Shown: piece after piece, positions 27,107 through 32,880 of the stretch | Position numbering within the stretch: position 1 is the first letter of the stretch | How the letters are laid out: each line of letters opens with the position of its first letter | Assembly: GCA_042577605.1 (NCBI GenBank) | Contig: JBHPDY010000003.1 | Span: forward strand, 1 to 32,880 | Direction of reading: 5' to 3' | DNA: 32,880 nucleotides | DNA from: Candidatus Margulisiibacteriota bacterium | Lineage (GTDB): Bacteria > Margulisbacteria > Marinamargulisbacteria > JBHPDY01 | The notes under the pieces: generated by a model | What the model saw: only the letters and a program-made list of their open reading frames with translations | Database searches by the model: none | Told to the model about the DNA's origin: nothing | Position numbers and translations under genes: made by a program

Positions 27107-27201
27107 TGGCAGAGAGAGCAGGAATCGAACCTGCCACAGCCGGTATTATCCGTCCGCTACTGGTTTTGAAGACCAGTTGAAACACCAGTTTCTTCCTCTC
27201 T
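27107..27201 (-). tRNA. selC: tRNA-Sec (anticodon UCA), 95 nt, 12-bp acceptor+T branch
   Basis: AGAGAGG AA GAAAC TGGT GTTTC A ACTGGT CTTCAAA ACCAGT [long variable arm] GCAGG TTCGATT CCTGC TCTCTCT G CCA; next to selA/selB. Confidence 0.96.
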
Positions 27202-27396
27202 ATAATCAGTCGCAAAATCTACTAGCTTTGCAACTGCTTTTTCCTTAAAAGAACTTTTCTGTACCCTGATCGCTGACCCGCAGTCTGATGAATATTCCCT
27301 TGGTGTAGGTATAATTTCATATTGAATTTCATTATTTTTCAATATCTTTTCTGCTTTTAATAAATGGTTCAACGATTCAAAGAGCAAAATAATCAT
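27157..27396 (-). CDS. DUF3343 family protein (putative Se/S carrier)
   Basis: LLFESLNHLLKAEKILK..IIPTPREYSSDCGSAIR; ATGA-coupled to yedF; last 15 codons overlap selC. Confidence 0.85.
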   Translation of the reverse strand: MIILLFESLNHLLKAEKILKNNEIQYEIIPTPREYSSDCGSAIRVQKSSFKEKAVAKLVDFATDYREEETGVSTGLQNQ

Positions 27397-27611
27397 TTTG
27401 TACCAATATTTATAACATAATTTCCTTGTTCTCGCTCAATAGATATTATTTTTCCGTTTCTTTCCTCTGCTGTTCTGCAGACATTTTCTTTGGCAGTATC
27501 ATTATCTACAATGATACTGAATTCACCATTCTCAATAGATTTCAATTTTTTTACCATCAGCATCACAGGCTTAGGACAAGAAAGGCCGGTAGCATCAATA
27601 ACTTCAGACAT
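27393..27611 (-). CDS. yedF: TusA/SirA-family sulfurtransferase (selenium metabolism protein YedF-like)
   Basis: IDATGLSCPKPV, IIVDN.TAKENV.R; adjacent to yedE. Confidence 0.9.
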   Translation of the reverse strand: MSEVIDATGLSCPKPVMLMVKKLKSIENGEFSIIVDNDTAKENVCRTAEERNGKIISIEREQGNYVINIGTK

Positions 27612-28703
27612 TTAAACTTCCTCCTTATTAAAGAAACCGATAAGAACCAGTACCGCTAAACCAAAGATGACTGCAAAAGCGCTGTGGGCTCCTATTCCTT
27701 TTGGTGACGCAGTAAGCAGAAAATTATGCGCTACTCCAGCCCCAGTAAGCATTCCCAAAGAAAACATAGCTGCATCAGTATCGCCTTCACCAGCTAAAAC
27801 CAATTGCCTGCCAGGACATCCCCCTGCCAGTGCAAAAGCTAATCCCGCCAACACCATACCTAAAAAGTTCCATGCCCAGCTTGAATGAGCAACAGGCTGT
27901 CCCTCAAAGCCCAAATTAAATGTCCCAAGCAGAAGATTTAAAACAAATACTGTTAGCAAAAGTGAAACAGCGCCGGAAATTAAATGGAATTGTTTGAAAA
28001 GGAATAGGTCACGAAAACCGCCGATAGTACAGAACCTGCTTCTCTGGGCAATGATTCCAACAATCAGCCCCACAGCCAGAGAAATTAAGACCGGAGCATG
28101 CATTGCGCCAGGCCCTTTGGTACTGTAAAAAAGAATTCCGCTTTTAATTATTCCGCTTACTTGAGGAAAAACAATAATCAAGGCCAATAATCCAATCATA
28201 ATACCAGGAAATATCAGTCCGGCAGTAGCTTTCATTTTCCTGCTTCTACCCAGGTCATAACCGCCTTTTAAGAAAATAGTTCCCAAATAAATACCGGCCA
28301 TTAAACCGCCAATACCGAAAATGGCATTTAAGTCTCCCCCTCCTAAACGAAGGATTGCTCTCCAGGGGCAACCTAAGAACACCAAAGACCCGATAATAGC
28401 AAACATCCCCAGCAAAAATCTTATAATCGGAGAAGAACCGCCGCGAGGTTTAAATTCCCGGGTTAATACAGCAATCAAAAACGAACCAAGTACAATAGCA
28501 ATAATCTCCGGCCTTAAATATTGAGCAACACCTGCCCGGTGCAGGCCGATTGCCCCGGCAATATCCCGAGTGAAACAGGCAATACAAAAGCCCATGTTTT
28601 TGGGATTTCCAAAATACTGAAGTGCTATGGCGGCCAATCCAATAATTATCCCAGTTACTATTATCCCCCATTTACCAGCAAAAAAGTTTTTAATCCTATT
28701 CAT
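27612..28703 (-). CDS. yedE: YedE/YeeE-family putative selenium transporter
   Basis: GNPKNMGFCIACFTRDIAGA, QYLRPEI, FLGCPWR, QRSRFCTIGG, GGCPGRQL; AAGGAG RBS before ATG 28703. Confidence 0.93.
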   Translation of the reverse strand: MNRIKNFFAGKWGIIVTGIIIGLAAIALQYFGNPKNMGFCIACFTRDIAGAIGLHRAGVAQYLRPEIIAIVLGSFLIAVLTREFKPRGGSSPIIRFLLGMFAIIGSLVFLGCPWRAILRLGGGDLNAIFGIGGLMAGIYLGTIFLKGGYDLGRSRKMKATAGLIFPGIMIGLLALIIVFPQVSGIIKSGILFYSTKGPGAMHAPVLISLAVGLIVGIIAQRSRFCTIGGFRDLFLFKQFHLISGAVSLLLTVFVLNLLLGTFNLGFEGQPVAHSSWAWNFLGMVLAGLAFALAGGCPGRQLVLAGEGDTDAAMFSLGMLTGAGVAHNFLLTASPKGIGAHSAFAVIFGLAVLVLIGFFNKEEV

Positions 28704-28745
28704 AAATACTCCTTTCCATAACAACCATAAAGGGTGTTGATTTTA

Positions 28746-28817
28746 ACACGGGATTTTAAGGGCATAGCCCTTAAACAAATCTCATTCTCAGTCTGTGAAG
28801 TGCGCAGCGCTTCAAAA
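28746..28817. repeat. Dispersed double-hairpin repeat, copy C (upstream of yedE)
   Basis: GGATTttAAGGGC-ata-GCCCTTaaa...cagtctgTGAAGTGC-gca-GCGCTTCAaaa. Confidence 0.85.
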
Positions 28818-29006
28818 CTTGAAGTTAAAAAGATTAAATCATTAAGGAATATATTTTTGAATAAAATGAAGAAAATGAATTGAATTATAAAAAACAAAAT
28901 GTAAATATTCATATTAAATCTTTCTTCCTACGCTTCAACAATCCGACCGATCATCAAAACTTTGGTTATTTCAGTCTTTTACTCCTTAATAAAATTTTTA
29001 TCAACC

Positions 29007-29044
29007 ATAACAATAAGTGCGGGATTTCCCGCACTTATTGTTAT
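29007..29044 (-). terminator. Terminator hairpin after the FDH catalytic subunit
   Basis: ATAACAATAAGTGCGGG-ATTT-CCCGCACTTATTGTTAT 17-bp perfect stem, 7 nt past the stop. Confidence 0.8.
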
Positions 29045-29051
29045 TAAAAAA

Positions 29052-31790
29052 TTAACTAAAGGCTACTTCCTTTTCTTTTGTTTTAGCTTGACCTTTAGTC
29101 CTTATTTTTGTTACTTGTGCAGAACAAGCTTTATATTCTGGTATATTTGCTACCGGATCAAATACCGGATTAGTCAGAATATTAGCAGCGGCTTCTTTGA
29201 AATGGAAAGGAATGAAAATAGTTCCTTTTCCTATTCTCTTAGTAACAAAAGCCGGAGCTTCTATTTCGCCTCTGCGGGTACTTATTTTCACAGTTTCACT
29301 GTTTTGGATTCCTAGAGCTTCAGCATCTTCTACGGAAATCATTACATGTGGTCCGGAAAGATTATTTAACTCTTGAGTTTTTCTGGTCATAGTACCTGTA
29401 TGGAAATGCTCAAGTACCCTTCCGGTAGTCATGATAAAAGGATAGCTCTTATCAGGAAGTTCAGCCGGCTCTCTGAAATGAATTCCTTTCATTAAACCTT
29501 TACCTCTGGCAAAAGTGCCTTTGTGAAGGAAAGCTGTGCCAGGGTGAGTAGCATTTGGACATGGCCATTGAAGACCGCTGTCAGCAACTCTTTTCCAGGA
29601 AATACCGCCATATTGCGGAGTCAATTCAGATATTTCCTTAGAAATATCAAGCGCTGATTTATATTTCCAATTAGCACCCATAGCTTTGGCAATATTCTGG
29701 ATTATCACCCAGTCATCCTTTGCTTGGCCAGGCGCATTAATAGCTTTTCTAACCCTCTGGGCACGACGTTCGGTGTTAGTGAATAGACCATCTTTTTCTG
29801 CAAAACTTGCTGCCGGAAGAACGATATCAGCTAATTCAGCGGTTTCAGTTAAAAAGATATCCTGAACGATTAACAGTTTTACCTTTTTAAGAGCTTCCCT
29901 GACGTGATTTATGTCAGGATCGCTGAGCATAGGGTTTTCACCCATACAATAAAGGGCTTTTACATTACCTTTATCACAACCTTCAATCATTCCATTAACG
30001 GTTAGGCCTGGTTTTTCTGCCATCTTAACGCCCCAAGCTTTAGAGAACTTGTCGCGTGCTTTCTCGTCAATTACTTTTTGATATCCAGGGAAAACAACAG
30101 GTAAAGCACCCATATCACAGGCACCTTGAACATTTGACTGTCCCCGTAAAGGATTTACACCACCGCCGTTTTTACCGAGGTTACCGCAAAGCATTTGTAA
30201 ATTAGCTGTAGACCAGACATTATCCGTACCTGAAGTATGTTGAGTAATACCCATAGCATAGAATAAAGCAGCTGTTTCTGCTGTCCCAAAAAGCTCGGCA
30301 ATTTCTTCTATGGTTTTGGCTGGAATGCCGGTAATCTTTTCTACTTTCTGAGGAGTATATTCAGCCACAACTGACTTTAACTCTTCAAATCCTTCAACAC
30401 GTTCTTTAATGTATGCTTTATCATGCCAATTATTCTTGATAATGACATGCATTATCCCATTTAGAACTGCAACGTCTGTCCCGCAGCGCTGCTGGGCGTA
30501 GATAGTAGCATATTTAGCCATGTCAATTTCTTTAGGATCAATAACAATAAGTTTGGTTTTTCCAGCCCTTACAGCTTGTTTGATCTTACTGGCAATTACC
30601 GGGTGGGCTATTGCTGTAGCAGAACCGGTAATAAGTATTACATTTGCATTATCTATACCAGCGATATCGTTTGTCATTGCTCCGGAACCTAGTGAAGCGG
30701 CCAGACCGGCCACTGTGGCGCTATGTCACAACCTAGCGCAGTGGTCGACATTATGGTTGCCGACCACCTGCCTAAAAAATTTCTGAAAAGCAAAGTTTTC
30801 CTCATTTGTAACCTTTGCAGAAGCCAGGCCGGCAATAGCGTCCGGGCCGTTTTTCTTTTTTATTTCTATAAATGATTTAGAAATAGTGGAAATAACTTCT
30901 TCCCAGGTTGCTTCTCTTAGTTCTCCACCCTTTTTATCTCTCATAAGGGGAGTTGTTAACCGTTCAGAGCTGTTTACAAAATCATATCCGTAACGGCCTT
31001 TTACACAAAGCATTCCATCATTGGTAGGTGCGCCTTCAACTCCGGTTACTTTTACAATCTTATTATCCGCTTTATTAATATGTAAGGTAACAGAACAACC
31101 CACTCCGCAGTAAGAACAAATTGTATTAACTTTTTCCAATTCCCAAGGGCGGCCTTTACCAATTGATTTCTTATCAACAATGGCTCCAACCGGGCAAAGC
31201 TGGGAACATTCACCGCATTGAACGCAGGATGATTCTCCCATTTGAAGATTATTATCGCAAATAACCTTGGTATCATGGTTGCGATAACCAAAATTTAAAA
31301 CCTCATGCACAACAGTTTTGTTGTCAGCTTCAACGCAGCGACCGCATTGAATACATTTGCTGTGGTCCATTACGATCATTTCAGATGAATCGTCAACTTC
31401 TTTTTTGTCGGGAATTTCAAAAGCAGGGACTTCTATGCCTAGTTTGTAAGCAGCTTCCTGCAATTCACATTCTCCGTTTTGTTCACAAGATAAACAATTA
31501 TGCTGTCCGTTTGCCAGAAGAAGATTTACAATCATTTTTCTAGCTTCGATAATCTGCTCTGTTTCTGTTTTTATATCCATGCTATTTTGAGCTTGGACCG
31601 AACAAGCTGTTTGTAAGCCGTTCATGCCTTCTATTTCTACTACACATATTCTACATTTGTTGGCCTGTCCTGTTTTGGGGTGATAGCAAAGAGTAGGAAT
31701 ATAGATATTGTTCTCTTTTGCTACGTCAAGTATTGTTTGACCTTCGGTAAAGTTTATTTCTCTTCCATTTATTATTAATTTAGAACTCAT
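29052..31790 (-). CDS. fdhF: Selenocysteine-containing formate dehydrogenase alpha subunit (W/Mo-bisPGD; N-terminal NuoG-like Fe-S domains), about 912 aa
   Basis: ORFs 30726-31796 and 29052-30713 are in frame, joined through TGA at 30726-30728 giving DHCARL-U-HSATVAGL..GSGAMTN; CSYCGVGC, LCVKGRYG, PLRGQSNVQGACDMG, GLFTNTERR, PEYKAC. Confidence 0.96.
30696..30714 (-). promoter_or_regulatory. Bacterial SECIS hairpin
   Basis: UGA + 11 nt (CAUAGCGCCAC) + AGUGGCC-GGUCU-GGCCGCU stem-loop with G-led apical loop. Confidence 0.85.
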
Positions 31791-31804
31791 AATCACCTCA
31801 CTCC

Positions 31805-32880
31805 TTATTTTTTAATTAATGCTTCAAATTCATTTCTGAATTTTAATATCATTGCTTCAATAGGCATTGCAAAAGCATCTCCGGTTGGACAAAGGGTTAA
31901 TCCTTTAATGTTCTTGCACATACTGAGTATCTGATCGATAGCCGCAGGCCCCTCCTTCCCTCTCAATAATTTCTTTAATAAGGTCGCAATAGCACGCGAG
32001 CCTTCACGGCACGGGATACATTGTCCGCAAGATTCATGATCATAAAATTTGATGGTTCTTAAAGCCAATTTAGGTATTGAAATAGAATCATTAATAACAA
32101 TAATTCCCCCTGATCCCAACATTGTGCCTGCTTTGGCACAAGAATCAAAGTCCATATTTAAGTTCTTTACATCAGCTGCGGTTAGGATCGGAACAGATAG
32201 TCCGCCGACAATCACAGCTTTCAAATTGCCCTGTATGCCACCGGCAGCTTTTAAGATCTGTGTCAGAGGTGTTCCTAGAGGAAACTCATAAACACCAGGT
32301 TTATTTACATGCCCGCTGACGCCAAATAATTTCGGGCCATAATTATTTTCAGTTCCGAATTTTTTAAATGCTTTTGCGCCATTTTCGATAATATAAGGTA
32401 CGCTGGCTAAGGTTTCTACATTGTTAATGATAGTAGGGCAGTTATAAAGGCCGATATTGGCTGGAAAAGGAGGTTTGTTTCTGGGATTCCCTCTTTTTCC
32501 CTCTATAGACTCAATCAGCGCAGTTTCTTCTCCACAAACATATGATCCGGCGCCCCGGTGAACAATAATTTCAACATGTTTTAATAGGCCTGCTTTTCCT
32601 GCCTGCTGTACAGCATTTTCCAGAATATCAGCGATCCATTTGAATTCCCCTCTTATATATATGAAAGCTTTTTTGGCATTTAAAGCATAAGCTGAAATAG
32701 CCATGCCCTCTATTAAAAGATGAGGATCATATTCCATTATCTGCCTGTCTTTAAATGTGCCTGGCTCCCCTTCATCTGCATTACAGACAAGATAAACCGG
32801 CCGCGGATCATTTTTCGGAAGGAAACCCCATTTGACACCAGCTGGAAAGCCGGCGCCGCCTCTTCCTCGTACGGCAGCAT
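31805..32880 (-). CDS. NuoF-like NAD(H)/FMN-binding FDH beta subunit (5'-truncated by window edge)
   Basis: Frame is open to the window end: RGRGGAGFPAGVKW, CNADEGEPGTFKDR, YIRGEF, GAGSYVCGEETALIESIEG, NNVETLA, ESCGQCIPCREG..C; no C-terminal ferredoxin domain. Confidence 0.93.
   Translation of the reverse strand, partial: AAVRGRGGAGFPAGVKWGFLPKNDPRPVYLVCNADEGEPGTFKDRQIMEYDPHLLIEGMAISAYALNAKKAFIYIRGEFKWIADILENAVQQAGKAGLLKHVEIIVHRGAGSYVCGEETALIESIEGKRGNPRNKPPFPANIGLYNCPTIINNVETLASVPYIIENGAKAFKKFGTENNYGPKLFGVSGHVNKPGVYEFPLGTPLTQILKAAGGIQGNLKAVIVGGLSVPILTAADVKNLNMDFDSCAKAGTMLGSGGIIVINDSISIPKLALRTIKFYDHESCGQCIPCREGSRAIATLLKKLLRGKEGPAAIDQILSMCKNIKGLTLCPTGDAFAMPIEAMILKFRNEFEALIKK

Noticed and set aside
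27393-27396. TGA stops of yedF (also fdhD, moaC, selA) as Sec codons
   Set aside because: They fall at normal family C-termini and overlap or abut the next start codon (translational coupling)
28700-28912. 70-aa ORF upstream of yedE
   Set aside because: Low-complexity AT-rich sequence running through repeat copy C; likely spurious
28962-29315. 117-aa + strand ORF and the many other short antisense ORFs in the track
   Set aside because: Shadows of well-supported genes on the opposite strand, with no motifs
29052-30713. Treating the FDH halves as a pseudogene or two genes
   Set aside because: An in-frame UGA at the catalytic ligand, a SECIS and adjacent selABCD indicate recoding

Overview
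AT-rich bacterial DNA, probably from a diderm anaerobe (it encodes a porin and a lipoprotein). Bases 0.1-4.4 kb hold a trehalose/maltose-type sugar ABC operon (- strand). Next come a polytopic membrane protein plus a radical SAM/SPASM gene (+ strand) and a small GIY-YIG nuclease gene bracketed by bipartite inverted repeats. From about 8.3 kb to the end is a nearly self-contained W/Mo- and Se-dependent formate dehydrogenase island. It contains a NuoF-like subunit (partial) and an FDH catalytic subunit that the ORF track splits at an in-frame UGA (selenocysteine, followed by a SECIS hairpin). It also contains yedE, yedF, DUF3343, selC, a four-helix-bundle gene, selA, selB, a class-V desulfurase/Sec lyase, selD, fdhD, an atypical ModE-like regulator, a porin, wtpABC, mobA, moaA, a formate channel, moeA, moaC and a MOSC-Mog fusion. 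Highlights: (1) a P-loop-ModE(wHTH) fusion lacking TOBE domains, with three copies of a TATGTT-N6-AACATA operator at wtpABC, mobA-moaA and a small gene-porin unit; (2) a 12-bp-type tRNA-Sec whose 5' half lies inside the DUF3343 reading frame; (3) several hairpin-based repeat or mobile elements (GIY-YIG cassette, a 119-bp MITE, a dispersed double-hairpin repeat, a GTAG-REP inside selA, and modular hairpins before the four-helix-bundle gene). All calls were made by eye from motifs; no database searches were run.
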